A stretch of 64,000 bases of DNA from Octopus vulgaris. Its lineage: Eukaryota. The position numbers were made by a program, and so were the translations under genes. A model generated the notes under the pieces. That model was given only the letters and a program-made list of their open reading frames with translations. It did no database searches and was not told the DNA's origin. The DNA is taken from the NCBI GenBank assembly GCA_951406725.2, contig OX597818.1:131254001-131318000 (forward strand), written 5' to 3'. Shown here piece by piece: positions 36,126 to 50,622 of the stretch. Position 1 is the first letter of the stretch, and every line of letters starts with the position of its first letter.

Positions 36126-36765
36126 TTCCAGTGTGTATATGTGTGTATTCGTAGGTGCGAGAGTTTATACGTGTGTATGTGTGTGAGAAAGAGTGTTTGT
36201 GAGTAATGTGAATGTGTGTGTATTTATGTGTTACATGCACCTATGTTTGTAGAGTTGTGTGAATGCCTACATAAAGACATAATTGTCAGTGTGTGTGTGT
36301 GTGTGTGTGTGTTTGTATGTGTGTATGTGTGCTTATGAGTCTGTTTGGTATATGTTCATATGTGGGTGCTGGGTGGTAGTAGTTGATGTGTGTGTGTGAT
36401 ACGCATAATGTGTGTCTATACCTACCTAAAGATATAGTTGTCAGTGTTTGCATGTTTGCTTGTGTACGTGTGCATGATGTCAGTGTACCCATCCCTGTGT
36501 ATATACTGATGAGAACATCACTAAACCATCCAAGCAACCAACCATTCTATATAATACATCTATACACCCAAACAAAAAACACCCAGGCTATTGTCATGGT
36601 GAAATTAGTCACAGTCAGAGGTTACGCACACTCACACCGAGAATAAAGTAATGAGACCGAAAACTGAGGGGAGCGATTACAATAAACAAATGAAAAATAT
36701 GTGTCATACATTCTAAAGGGATTATTAAACCAATTATTTTCATTCACATACATATACATACATAT

Positions 36766-36832
<67 letters not shown>

Positions 36833-37294
36833 CATGCATACACAAGCAGAGTTGCACACACTTACATAGACTCACACACATACATATACACACACATACA
36901 CACCTACGCACATCAATTTATATTTGTAATTTCGGTCTTTTAAATTGAAATGTTGGCATGTGAAATAATAAATTCTCCATTTTAGCTTTTCATTTACACA
37001 AGATCTAAATCTAATTCTATTAAATGGATCATTTCATTTTTTTTCCCTTTCGACATATCTACTACTATTTACTTTGTTTCACATCACGAGAAAGTGCAAA
37101 ATCAAATCCCCACTTGAACAGACTCAGAAGAAAATGTCAACCTCCACAAGATAGCATGACACTAGAGATTAAGCAACATTGGTACATGCTGTATTGCAGA
37201 TGTCTCTCACCAAAGATCACACAGATATTGCTATGGTGCTGGTGTTGAAACTGACTTGAGTTCTTCCTTTCTGTTTTAATACATAAACCAGTTC

Positions 37295-37585
37295 AGGCAG
37301 CGAAATGGAAAATGATTAGTGGTATTTTATCCGTCTTTAAGTTCTGAGTTCAAATTCCACAGAGGTTGACTTAAGGCTGCGAGCCAACAGAATTAATACT
37401 ATGCTGAGTGATGATGTTTAGTGACATTTCTTCCATCTTTACATTCTGAGTTCAAATCCCTCTGAGGTCAACTTTGCTTTTCGCCCTTTTGGGGGTCAAT
37501 AAAATAAGTAGAATTGAGTATTGAGGTTGATGTAATTAACTTATCCCCTCTCCCGAAATTGCTGGCCTTGTGCCAAAATTTGAAA
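37295..37585 (+). mobile_element. Two old SINE B fragments
   Basis: ttctgagttcaaattccacagaggttgac and tttgcttttcgccctttttgggggtcaataaaataagta. Confidence 0.75.
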
Positions 37586-37925
37586 TCTAGTATATATACA
37601 TCACAGTTTGTGTGTGTATATTGACTAACGCATACATTTCCACAATTCTCAACGGATTTTCCCCAAACTTTAAACACACATTACATATGTGCTAATGATG
37701 GTCATGCACTATAACATTTTCCCCAGAGCTCCCACATAAATGGACAAACCAGGAAAAACTGTGGTTTACACGGGGCTTTCTCTAATTCATTGTATGTAGG
37801 GTCTCCCATACTTTTTTAATCTATATGGTCATATATTTGCATTACAGAAGATTTTTTAGTTTTCACATTTTTTGATTTATTATTCATTTATGTTTAACTG
37901 TCCGAAGGATGGGTGCGTTTGCTAG
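37586..37925 (+). mobile_element. Non-autonomous Helitron, 340 bp
   Basis: A|TC start, subterminal hairpin ctgtccgaaggatggg, CTAG|T end. Confidence 0.75.
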
Positions 37926-38170
37926 TCAATATATAAACCAGTTGAATTTATGGAAATTTTTTGTTTTATAAATGTTATTATTTTCATCTGGATGCATACA
38001 TTTGTAAATCTTCATAACATTGTTTCATGATACTGTGGATTGGCAGAATCATTAAAACTCCAAACAAAATGTCTCATGGCATTTATTCAAATTCTACATT
38101 CTTAATTCAAATCCATTTGAGGTCATTTTTTGCCTAATATTTATCCAGGTGTGGCAAATAAAATAAAGTA

Positions 38171-38450
38171 AGCCAGTGCCGCCTCGACTGGCTTCCATGC
38201 AGGTGACAAGTAAAATGCACCAATTCAACCATGGCCGATGCCAGCCTTGCCTGGCGCCAGTGCAGGTGGCACGTAAAAAGCACCCACTACACTCATGGAG
38301 TGGTTGGCGTTAGGAAGGGCATCCAGCTGTAGAAACATTGCCAGATAAGACCGGAGCCTGGTGCAGCCTTCTGGCTTCCCAGATCCCCGGTCGAACCGTC
38401 CAACCCATGCTAGCATGGAGAACGGATGTTAAACGATGATGATGATGATG
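38171..38450 (+). mobile_element. RTE 3' UTR fragment (family E)
   Basis: Nearly identical to 53277-53575; (gat)n tail. Confidence 0.9.
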
Positions 38451-38739
38451 ACCTTCGAAATACTGGGCTAATTCTGTCAACAATCTTCCTACCAATAAAA
38501 ACTATAAGCCTCGTGCCTAAATTAACTTTGGTTTCAATCCTTAGTTAAGGTTGCTGAAAATATAACATGCAAACTGCTTTCTTTATGTTTAAATATTTTG
38601 GTTAGTTGTTGAAAGCATAACATTCACAGGTGAAACTCAGGGAAGGAAGAGACTGGCTTAACCAAAATAAAAATTTGTTATTAATTTCTGTCAAAGCATT
38701 GAACACTCTTTTTTTTCTTCTGGCAATACAAATATCTAC

Positions 38740-39138
38740 CTTTTATGTTTTACTTGCTTCAGTCATTAGACTGCACCATGTTGGGGCACTGACCTGAAGA
38801 ATTTTTAGTAGAATGCATTGACCCCAGTTCTGATTTTTTAAAAAACTTGGTACTTATTCTATCAGTCACTTCTGCCAAATCACTACATTAAGAGGGTGTA
38901 AACACACCATCACTGGTTTCCCAAGTACTGGTGGGAAACAAACACAGATACAGAGATACACGCCTAGATATATACATATGTACGACAAGCTTCTTTCAGT
39001 TTCCATCTACCAAATCTACTCACAAGGCTTTGGTTGACCTGAGACTATAGCAGAAAACACTTGTTCAAGGTACCACACAGTGGGACTGAACCCCCAGCCA
39101 AGTGGTTGCAAAGCAAGCTTCTTACCATACAGCTTCAC
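38740..39138 (-). mobile_element. SINE family A, diverged
   Basis: Reverse-complement homology. Confidence 0.85.
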
Positions 39139-39139
39139 C

Positions 39140-39432
39140 TGCTGTTCTTCACTCCTGCTCCAGAGCATCGGCTGCGGGGTCACTCCGAAAAGCTCTATCT
39201 GCAATGATTTCATCTAAATCGAAGGAGAGGGGCTTTCTCCGTCCGGGTTGCGGTCCGTGGAATAAGCTGCCGACGACCGCTCGGTTCAAAGTCTCTCTTG
39301 ACCAGAAATGGCCTGAACTCTTTGCATGAACACCCTCCCTGTACATAACTCAATGTCCCCCTACATGGCCTTGCTTTTTGCTTTTTGAGCCCCAAAATTA
39401 ACTTAACTTAACTTAACTTAACTTAACCTAAC
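39140..39432 (+). mobile_element. CR1-type LINE 3' end with (CTTAA)n tail
   Basis: LRGHSEKLYLQ*FHLNRRRGAFSVRVA/PWNKLP...FKVSLDQKW, then tandem aactt units. Confidence 0.82.
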
Positions 39433-39732
39433 AAACTTATTTTATTCCACATGGGTAGAAATATAGAAAATGGAAGTTCAAAATGTGCTGGAATTTGTTT
39501 AGATATTTTAAAAAAACTTTTAAAGACTTAACCAGCCAGCTTCACAGATTTCTCTGATTATCAAAAGTTGAAATAGAACAATGTGGAACTGTGTTGTAGC
39601 TATCTTACTCAGAAGCAAGCAAATGCAGCATAGTTTCACCAGTTAAAACATTAACAAATTTTAAAATAAAAAATTCTAAAAAATCGCAGTGCATTTTCAA
39701 CTATATATATATATATATATATATATAAATAT

Positions 39733-40119
39733 ACTCTTTTACTCTTTTTCTTGTTTCAGTAAACTCAGGCTGGAGCAGCACCTTTAGTCGAGAAAATCAA
39801 CCCCAGGACTTATTCTTTGTAAGCCTAGTACTTATTCTATCAGTCTCTTTTGCTGAACAGCTAAGTTATGGGGATGCAAACACACCAGCATCGGTTGTCA
39901 AGCGACGTTGGGGGGAGGGTGACAAATATAGACACACAAACACACACACACATATATATATATGACGGACTTCTTTCAGTTTCCATCTATCAAATCCACT
40001 CACAAGGTTTTGGTCAGCCCGAGTAGAAGACACTTGCCCAAGGTGCCACAGAGTGGGACTGAACCTAGAACCATGTGGTTGGTAAGCGAGCTACTTATCA
40101 CACATCCACTCCTGCACCT
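39733..40119 (-). mobile_element. SINE family A
   Basis: Reverse-complement homology. Confidence 0.92.
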
Positions 40120-40123
40120 GATA

Positions 40124-40159
<36 letters not shown>

Positions 40160-40168
40160 CACACACAT

Positions 40169-40632
40169 ATGATGATGATGATGTAGTGCTGTCTTCACAA
40201 TGAGCCAAGAGCTTTCTTCAAATATTCTGATCACTTGCCTTCTTCCTGGCTCTGCTCCACCCAACTCACATCTCTATCGTGTTGTCCCAGAACATACTGC
40301 AACCACATCTTGCTTGGTCTTGCTCTCAGTGTTTTTTCTCCTTCTGGCATCCATTCTATCACAGCAGTAACATGTCACTCCTGCAGTAATCACAGCACAT
40401 GGTCAGCAAACCGTATCCATCACTTAGTCACCACGTCCTGCAAACTTCCTATCTCAGCTGTTCTCATCAGCTCCTTTGTTTCTCATCCTATCCTGGTGAG
40501 AGATGCCCAGGATCGAATGTAGGCAGCATCAATTAAACACATCCAGCAATCGAGAGGCCTTTGCTGTCTTCTTTCAGGTTTCAAAGATATAGATGGCTGT
40601 AGATAAAACCATAGAGGAGTATAGCTGTAGCT
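40169..40632 (-). mobile_element. Decayed RTE LINE 3' end (distinct family)
   Basis: Minus strand ISKKIKLQLYSSMVLSTAIYIFET*...LLDVFN*CCLHSILGISHQDR; (CAT)n tail. Confidence 0.8.
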
Positions 40633-40652
40633 TTATCTTCTTACTGATGGTC

Positions 40653-40883
40653 TACTCTTTACTCTTTTACTCTTTTACTTGTTTCAGTCAAATGACTGCG
40701 GCCATGCTGGAGCACCGCCTTTTAATCGAGCAACTCGACCCCGGGACTTATTCTTTTGTAAGCCCAGCACTTATTCTATCGGTCTCTTTTGCCGAACAGC
40801 AAAGTAACGGGGACATAAACACACCAGCATCGGTTGTCAAGCAATGCTAGGGGGACAAACACAGACACACAAACACACACACG

Positions 40884-40921
<38 letters not shown>

Positions 40922-41086
40922 TACGATGGGCTTCTTTCAGTTTCCGTCTACCAAATCCACTCACAAGGCTTTGGTCGGCCCGAGGCTATAGCAGAAGACA
41001 CTTGCCCAAGGTGCCACGCAGTGGGACTGAACCCGGAACCATGTGGTTGGTAGACAAGCTACTTACCACACAGCCACTCCTGCGCC
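40653..41086 (-). mobile_element. SINE family A, young
   Basis: Full-length reverse complement. Confidence 0.95.
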
Positions 41087-41279
41087 TTTGATCTCTTTCT
41101 TGGACAGAGCATGTATAAATTTATCTCTTCAATCAACTACATTTCAGATGCCTTTATAATGTCTCTAAACTCAAGAAAGTAGCAGCATAATGTCCACTTA
41201 CTGCTATTATACAGTGTTTTTCTTTCTACTTGCTCAGTTTCGAGGACGATGCAGTGTCCATGACTTTTACAGGGTCTCT

Positions 41280-41655
41280 GAGACAGCTGAGCTTGATGAT
41301 CCATTTAAACTATGACAGATCAACACTCACAGGTAAGACATAATCAAGGAGAAGATTCCAGAGCGCTGATGTTCTGGGAAGGAAGCAGTGAAAAGAGTAG
41401 CTAGCAGAGAGGAGTGGAGTGCTGGATGCAAGAAGGGTGATGAAAGTGTGCAGAGTAAAGTGAATTGTTGGGGGTGGAGTGCTGGATGCAAGAAGAGTGA
41501 TGAAAGTGTGCAGAGTAAAGTGAATTGGTGGTGGTGGATGAGATCGGGCGAGGCCAGCTAGCTCAAAAAAACATAGATTATTATAGTAATGATAGAAAAA
41601 ACAGAGAGGACACAGAATGCCTGAGGAACAAAAGGCTATAGTATGACTTAGATAT
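41280..41655 (-). mobile_element. Decayed CR1/L2/Jockey-group LINE C-terminus with an internal 60-bp tandem duplication
   Basis: LCFFYHYYNNLCFFELAGL...SYSFHCFLPRTSALWNLL; duplicated unit at 41414 and 41474. Confidence 0.7.
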
Positions 41656-41660
41656 ATAAG

Positions 41661-42040
41661 AGCACTCCGTTGGTTACGACAATGAGGGTCCCAGCTGATA
41701 CGATCAACGGAACAGCCTGCTCGTGGCATTAACATGCAAGTGGCTTAGCACTCCACAGACATGTGTACCCTTAACGTAGTTCTCGAGGAGATTCAGCGTG
41801 ACACAGAGTGTGACAAGGCTGGCCCTTTGAAATACAGGTACAACAGAAACAGGAAGAAAGAGTGAGAGAAAGTTGTGATGAAAGAGTACAGCAAGGTTCA
41901 CCACCATGCCCTGCCGGAGCCTCGTGGAGCTTTAGGTGTTTTTGCTCAATAAACACTCACAATGCTCGGTCTGGGAATCGAAACCATGATCCTACGACCG
42001 CAAGTCCGCTGCCCTAACCACTGGGCCATTGCGCCTCCAC
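41661..42040 (-). mobile_element. SINE family C
   Basis: TSD tgacttagata at 41644-41654 and 42042-42052. Confidence 0.95.
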
Positions 42041-42379
42041 GTGACTTAGATAGCCTATACTCTATATATGGAAGTCTGCATTCAAGGCTAAGAACAAATC
42101 ACAGCTTCAAGTGACAACAGAACTATGACACTGATGAATATTTTGTCAGTTTGCAATGCTGTGTTCAGATCAATCTTTGAGAATATAGTTATTAACTTCA
42201 CTAGGATGAGTTGTTCTGGATAAGTTCATTTGTGGTTTTCAGTTTCATCTTACTGAATTTCACTATAGCTTCAGGCTATCCAATAATTTGTGAGAGAGTT
42301 CGTAAGTGCAAACTAATAGAAGCCTGTTGTATATATACACACTTAGACAGAGGAAGGCAAGCACACACACACAAACATG

Positions 42380-42775
42380 TCTATGTAGTTAAGAAGCATG
42401 CTTTGTAACCACATGGTTTTAAGTTCAGTTCTACTGCATGGCGCCTTGGGTGTCTTCTGCAATGGCTCCAAGCAGGCCATTGTCTTGGGAGTGAATTTGG
42501 TAGATGGAAACTGTGAGGAAGCCAATTGTATGTGTGTGTGTGTATGTGTGTGTATATGTCTTTGTATGTATATCGTGTTTGTCCACCACCACTACCACCA
42601 CATGATAATTATTGTTGGTTTGTTTATATTCCAGTAACTTTAGGGGTTCAGCAAAAGAGAAAAAGTGGCTTATAGAATAAGTACCAGGCTCAATTAGTTC
42701 AAATAAACCCTTCAAGGTGGTGCTCCGGCATGATCGCTGTCTAATGCCTGGAACAAGTAAAAGAGAAAAGATTAA
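42380..42775 (+). mobile_element. SINE family A, old
   Basis: Diverged but collinear homology. Confidence 0.8.
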
Positions 42776-43129
42776 AAAGACCAATACTGTTGTCACCAAA
42801 GACACACACCGTTAATGAACTTAAATCACTTGGCTGCAGGTAATTTGGGGAAAATGCCCAAGTTCTAGCTGGTCCATGCACAATTGCAAAATATATAATC
42901 CCCGTTTGTCCATAGTGAGATTATCTCCCTCTTCATATACTATCCCTCAGCTGTAATTGTACCATGCAGCCATGCAAACCGATATGAAACCTGATTCCAT
43001 CAAATCAGTAAACCCTCCATGTTGCAATAGTCTTTTTAATGTGATAAGCATTTTCATGCTTTCTGCATTACAAAAAGCATCTGAATGCTTCTCAAGAACA
43101 GTAAATTGCCAAATGTCTTGATAATTTGT

Positions 43130-43975
43130 CATTACCACCATGAGACTCAACATCCAAAGATCATACTTCACCACCTCGTTCTATATCTTCCTGGGCCTAC
43201 CTCTTCCATTGGTTCCCTCCACAGTTAGAGATTGGCCCTTCATTACACTGCTGTCCTCATTCATAAGCATCACTTGATTATACCAGTGTAGTCTTATCTC
43301 TTGTTCACTCCATCTGATGCCTCTTATGACCAATTTTTATCTGAAGACACTTACACTTTAACATACATGCACACTGACATTGCACATCCAGTGAAACACT
43401 ACCTTCATTTCTTTCAAGCCTTCGCATATTCTCTACGGTCACAGCCCATGTTTCACTGTGGTGTAGCATGACCATTCGCACACAGGCATCATACAATCTG
43501 CTTTTTCCTCTGAGTTAGAAGCTCTTAGTTAGCGACAAAGGTAGAAGATCTCCGAACTTTACCCAGCCTATTCTTATACTAGCAGCTCTGCTCTCAGAAC
43601 ATCCATCTCTACCGCCAACTTGGTCACCGAAATAATGGAAGTATTCTTCTTCTAAGTATCTCCTGGGCATTTGATAGAGTCCATTTTCTGTACATTTCCA
43701 ATGTTTATTGTACCTATACACCTGCCCACAGACAAAGACTACTTTCCTCTGATACTACTGCACCGCTTATACACTGGGTACAACTTATACAGTTTCTATC
43801 AGCATCTTTTCTACATATCAAGCTGGGTGAGCTGCTTGAAGTGATTTGTGATTTGCCTGTTTCCTTACTAACTAAGACTTTGGTCTTTGCTAAATTAAAT
43901 CTAAGGCCCTTTGATTTTAAACCTTGCTTCCACACCTGAAATTTCTTTTCTAGTTCTGATAGTGTTTCAGCTATG
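43130..43975 (-). mobile_element. Decayed RTE LINE reverse transcriptase C-terminal fragment
   Basis: IAETLSELEKKFQVWKQGLKSKGLRFNLAKTKVLV, FHYFGDQV, YDACVRMVMLHHSETWAVTVENMRRLERNE; related to the 28519 copy. Confidence 0.88.
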
Positions 43976-44043
43976 CACATATGCGTGTGTGTGTGCGTGA
44001 TATTGTATGTATATATATATATTTAAGAAACTTTATGATGATA

Positions 44044-44372
44044 TCATCATCATCATCATCCACATTACCATTTAACATCTGTTTTCCTTACCGGCATAGA
44101 TAAGATAGTTTGACTGGAACCAGTAAGCCAGAGAGTTCTACCAAGTTCCAGTCTGATTTGGCATGGTTTATACAGCTGGATGCTCTTCCTTATCCCAAAC
44201 ACTTTTAGAGTGTAATGGGTGCTATCTACGTGCCACCAGCACAAGTGCCATTTGCATGACACTGGAAATGACCATGACAATGATTTCACTTGGCTTAATG
44301 TATCTTCTCAAGCACAGCACACTGCCAAATATCTTGACCAAAGGTCTTGGTCACTTGTAATTGCCTCCATGA
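44044..44372 (-). mobile_element. RTE 3' UTR fragment (family E), old
   Basis: (cat)n tail, tacagctggatgctcttcct, tacgtgccaccagcac. Confidence 0.78.
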
Positions 44373-46049
44373 TGTATATGTTTTGTATGTGTGTGTGTGT
44401 GTATGTGTGTGTGTGCATGATGGCACGTGTGAGTGTTTGTATGTGGCTGTGTACTTACATACATATTTATTACATTTATTCTTATCATCATCACCATTAC
44501 CATCATCATTTTATGCCTGTCTTCCATGCTGGTGTAGAATGCATTGGTCATCTCAGTCTAAATCAGATGATATTCTGAGTTACTGCCCCCTTAGATGAGT
44601 TGGAAGACCACCTCTCTTTTGTATCTTCCATTTTTGGCAACAGTCATTCTTACTGGAAGTTTGTTTTTATGTCAAACCCTTTTCACAATGTACAGGGCTA
44701 ATTGCATTGTTGCACCAACACCACTGGGGTTACCTTAAATATCCTCACTGTGTATGCATGTATGTAATAGACAGATAGATAGATAAATGGATAGATGGAT
44801 GGATAGAAACTTATGTGTGTGTATATACTTAGAAATATAATATTAAACTTCTCTGTAAATTTCACTGGTCCCTAAAATGGATCATCGGCATGTGCTGAGT
44901 AAAACATACTAAGAACTACTGATTACCCTCTAAGTGCAGATGACATACCCTCTTCTGACCCTCACCTCCAAGGACATTAAATACAAAAGAAAGTTTCCTA
45001 AGAATTCAAAGTAAAACTCTATGAAAAAAGCTAACATAGATTAAAAAACTGTTAGGATAAAGAACAACGAAGAAAACCAAACAAAGCAAAACAAAGAACA
45101 AAAGCATGGAAAAATGGAAAAAAAAATAAGGGAAAAGTGCTCAAATATAAATATAATACAATGGACATGATAAGAAGAACAAAAAGTAAATCAGATAAAA
45201 ATAATATATAGAATAAAATAAACAATGTATCATGTATAAATGATACGTTATGATCTACATTGGGATGCATAAATAAACTTGATGAAAAAATAAAGATTAT
45301 AAAAGCAGAAAAAGGAAAAGGAACGGTTGTTTTCGCCTGTAAGTAATGTAAGTTATTCATTGCATGGGAATACAACCAAATTCTAATTATGCCAGTAAAT
45401 TATTGCACTTTGTTATATCTATGCATATACATACGTACATATGCATACATATACATATATATAAATATACATATAAACATATATAAAATTCATATACATA
45501 TACATATATTTTTATATATATATATATATTTATATTAATATGTGTGAATGTATATGCACATACATACATATATATATATATCGTGCATATACACACACAA
45601 ATATGTATTTGTACATAAATACACAGTTGTATATGCTATTGTTGTCACTGCTCTCAGTGGTAAATAAATATATACTGAATGAAAATATATGAATATTATT
45701 CATCATACTTTATGGGCACCCATTTAGATTTGTATGTACATAAATATGCATGCTCACATTTTCAGATATCTGCAGAAACTTATAAATATATCCTTGTATG
45801 CATATGGTACCTTATTTTTATTTTGACATAGCATGTGTGCACACAGAAACTGAACATATATCCATAAATATTTGCTCACAAACGCATTTATGTATATCCA
45901 TGTGTGTGCGAATGCAAATAAGCATATAATATATACATATAAAAGTCAGATAAGCATATAATATATACATATATAAGTCATACAAGCATATATATTATAT
46001 ATATACACACACACATATTTGTGAATAAATATATGTATGCACTTATATA

Positions 46050-46106
<57 letters not shown>

Positions 46107-46544
46107 GTATAGATATCAATGTCCATCTAGATCTCTCTGTGTGTTTCTCTATAAACTAATCTATCCTGACTTTACTTTCAAATGCATGCATGATGTTCAT
46201 AATAAGCGCACAGAGATACATTCCTGTTTAGATATATGTATACGCATGCACAGACAAATATACACATCTGTTTATGAGTTTTATATATACTTGCTTACGT
46301 ATACAAATGTGTGCAATATTATGCACTCACCATCTGTGTGCTTGTGCATATATATATATATATATATATACATATGTACACACAGATGGTGGGTGCATAA
46401 TATTGCATACATTTGTGTATGTGTATATATATACACGCACACACACAAACATACATATACAAAGCCATTAGTTTATATACTTATAGAAATTTATATTAAG
46501 CATGTGTGTTTATAAATACATGCACACACATATATATATTTATA

Positions 46545-46666
46545 TATATATACAGACACAAATATATATATATATATATATATATAGATAGATAGATACA
46601 CAAATACGTGTATTTATATATATATATATATATATATAGATAGATAGATAGATACACAAAAATGTG

Positions 46667-46706
<40 letters not shown>

Positions 46707-46728
46707 TAGATAGATACACAAAAACGTG

Positions 46729-46770
<42 letters not shown>
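46545..46770. repeat. Tandem repeat of a compound unit (TA)n-(GATA)n-CACAAA-TGTATT
   Basis: Three full units of about 55-60 bp. Confidence 0.85.
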
Positions 46771-46774
<4 letters not shown>

Positions 46775-47318
46775 TGTATACACACAGACACATTTATTTC
46801 CACACATATAGCAAATATAAAAGTCATAAATAATAAATATAGAGACATACATGCAATCACATTGATAACAATCTTTGTGCTTCTGCACTGCGATTAGATA
46901 TGCTGCACATTTGTTTCAAAGACTTGCCTGAGCAGGTAAGTCCGTAACAAAATCAGTCAAGCGTTGTGAGTGTATGTACATCTGTTTGCCTGTGTTTACA
47001 CGTGCAAGAGTATGCAACTGTACAGATACGGACAAACACATGCAAATACGCAAATATTTCACATACGTTTAGAAATACACATATACATATAAGTACAAAC
47101 ACACACACACACACACACCACACACACAGACACACACACGCACTCACAGTATTTTTCTTCATTTTTGTTTTTTAATACTTTTCTCCCCCATTTTTACATC
47201 AATATTGATATCAAATCTATTTTTCTGATAAATATTTCTAATTTCTGCTGAAAAGAAATAATTGACACCTTTATACATGGACACTATACATACGTAGATA
47301 GATAGATAAATAGATATA

Positions 47319-47361
<43 letters not shown>

Positions 47362-47368
47362 ATATCTA

Positions 47369-47444
<76 letters not shown>

Positions 47445-47465
47445 TGTATACACACACACATACAC

Positions 47466-47496
<31 letters not shown>

Positions 47497-48018
47497 TGTT
47501 TATATGTATGTAAATGCTCAAACTTTAGAAGATAAATCTGCTAACAAGTATTCACATCACATTTTTCTATACCAAAACGTTCGTCTGTCCCTTTTCATCT
47601 AAGGATTGCATTTTTGGTGGGTTTTTCTGTTTTGCTTTTAGGGGTTTTATGTTTTATCATTCTCTCTCTTACCTTACTTCTACTTCTCTTTTTCTGCATT
47701 CACACACACACACACACATATCAACCTTTCATACACACACACCATTCTGGGTTTCTTTTTAGTTTTTAGCTTCTTTTTTCTTTCCTGACTTCACACTTTT
47801 CCAATATCTTTACTGCCTTCAAGAATATCGTATTTGTCATTTTCGAATGACATATAGACACACACACATACACATACACAAACACACACTCACATGTATG
47901 TGTACGCACACACACATGTGCATACACACATTGACCTTCACATACATTATATTATTCAATGGAATAACAACAACAATAATAAAAAAATTTTTAAATCTCT
48001 GATATCTGTAGAATACAT

Positions 48019-48073
<55 letters not shown>

Positions 48074-48174
48074 ACAGAAAAAGATAAAGAAACGTATTTT
48101 TAATGACTAGCAAAGCCAAAACTAAAACAAAAAAAAAATACATAGAAATAAAACAGTAAAGAATAAAATGCAAA

Positions 48175-48243
48175 TCAACATCATCATCATCATCATCATT
48201 CCCATTATCACCAACATCATATTGTCAAAATAATAATAATAAC

Positions 48244-48308
<65 letters not shown>

Positions 48309-48332
48309 TGATAATAATAATGATAATAATAA
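48175..48332. repeat. (CAT)n/(AAT)n microsatellite
   Basis: Direct reading. Confidence 0.95.
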
Positions 48333-49170
48333 CACCACAGTATCATGAAAACAATTCTTGGTAATATTAAACCATTTAATAGATGAATTATTTCAAAACT
48401 TTCCTGTCACATAAAATACATAGTTGATGTAGGGTGTCCATTTTGGGAGCTGTTTGCTGCTTTATTTTCCTTTCTTTATTCATGTTTTCTTCAAAATATT
48501 GGATAAGCTATTCAAGTTTCATAGTTTCATGCATTTCTCTCTATCTGTAATTTGTATGCTTGTGTGTTTAGTATATCGAAGTGTGTGTGTGTGTTTGTGT
48601 ATGCATTTGTGTGTTTGTGTATGCATTTGTGTGTTTTCTCTTTTTTGCATCTATACTTGTGAGTCTTTTTCTCTGTGTGTATGTGTGTGTGTGTGTGTGT
48701 GCATTATTTTGCACATGTATGTCCTTTGCCTAAATATGTTTTTCTCTGTGTGCGTGTGTGTGTGTGTGTGTTTGTGTGTGTGTAGGATGAGGGTTGTGGG
48801 TAAGTCGTTGTGGGTATGAATGCGTACATGTTTGTGAGTTGTCATTCAATGTATCCTTGTATGCGTGTAAGATGTAGCTTGTAACATACGCGTGTTTCTA
48901 TCTTTTGTTTATCTATGCATGCGTGTATGCATGTACATATTTGTATATATCTATATATATATGTATGTGTATAATACATGTATGTGTGTGTGTGCATGTA
49001 TTTATATAAATATATATATACATACATGCATATACATACATTCACACATATATAAATACATATATATATATATGTGTGTGTGTGTGCATGCATTTATATA
49101 AATATATATATACATACATACATGCATATACATACATTCACACACATATAAATATATATATATATATATA

Positions 49171-49240
<70 letters not shown>

Positions 49241-50127
49241 CATATATAAATACATACATGTATATATATACGTATGACTAGAAGCTCCAAATTCTAGTTT
49301 ATATACATGGAATTGTATATGTGTAACTGTGTTCATAGTTTCGACCGTAGACTAAGTGAATGTGAATGTGTATGGAACATGTCCAAAAAGCCACACAATT
49401 TCTATATTTTTCTTGCTTCATTGTGTCAGTTGACACTCTTCACTTCAATGTCTTCTTCTTATTGTTCCTGTTGTAGGTGTGTCCTTTCCCTCCTTTACCT
49501 CGCTGCTACGATGATGTACAATCCTCCAAACTTACCGACTGAATTCTTCCTCCACCCAGGCATAATCATTTCGTCTGAACCTTCTCTTTCCATCAACCTC
49601 ATTGTATCTCATTCTCTTGAACCCTATATGAGCAGTCTTGTCCAATCCATCTTCCTGGTACAACATCTGTCTGGGTCTTTATCTCTTTCTCTCTCTCTCT
49701 CTCCTTCTCTCTGTCTATATTTTCCTAGACTTTATAATTATTTCCTTGAGAGCTGTGAAGGACTTCTGGTGAAGCAATTATAGATGTTGTTGGTATTGTT
49801 CAAAAGAGCTACAATCAAAAATGTTTTCCAGCTGTGATCATTGAATCTTGTTTTGATGATTTAATGTATCTCTGGCTACATTATTCTGTGTACACGTATC
49901 TCTTCCCTTTATAAGATGCTAAATGTATCATTAGAAAGTTTGTATATTATTTTCAGTAAGTTGGGTGACCATGCAAAGTACTCTGCCATCTCTCTTGAAC
50001 TCAGAATTGTATTTTGTAGCATTACAGGCAATCAGCCAATAGCTCAAGATATTCTATCTTCTCATCAGTGGTTGTATTAACCTCTTAACTAAAATACTTA
50101 TCGCTCAAATAGTATTTTCACCAAGCC

Positions 50128-50622
50128 TTAATTCTTTAGCATTAAAAAACCAGCCATTTCTGGCCCAAATATTCTACTTGTGGAGGCACATGGCCTAGTG
50201 GTCAGAGCAACGGACTCACGGTTGAGGGATCGTGGGTTCGAATCTCAGACCAGGTGATGTGTGTGTTTATGAGCAAAACACCTAAGCTCCACGCAGCTCT
50301 GGCAGAAGGTAATGGTGAAACTTTTGCTGACTATTTCGCCACAACTTTCTCTTACTCTTTCCTCCTGCATCTTGCAGCTCACCAGTGACAGACCGGTGTC
50401 CCGTCCAGGTAGGGGACCTATACGCCAAGGAAACCAGGAAACCGGCCCTTATGAGCCAGGCGTGGCTCGAGAAGGAACAAACAACAAATATCCGACTTGT
50501 TTTATGTTCAAACTGGACAGATCTTGTCTCTCACGCCTTCCTTTCCTTACAATGCCATTCTAGAACAAAACAGTCATTTCATTGTAATCTGATGCTATGA
50601 GATAATGCATGATCAATTCAAA
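50128..50622 (+). mobile_element. piggyBac-like MITE (family D), interrupted by a SINE and truncated
   Basis: Homologous to 55267-55487 on both sides of the SINE. Confidence 0.75.
50180..50485 (+). mobile_element. SINE with a family C-like head and a third type of 3' body, (AAC)n tail
   Basis: gtggaggcacatggcctagtggtc...ggttcgaatctc; imperfect TSD caaatattctactt / caaatatccgactt. Confidence 0.85.

Noticed and set aside
39398-39432. Telomere-like repeat
   Set aside because: The unit is CTTAA directly after a CR1-type ORF end, so it is a LINE tail.
46898-46941. Plus-strand micro-exon ending in cag|gtaagt
   Set aside because: Strong donor but weak acceptor and no partner exons; such a match is expected by chance in 64 kb.
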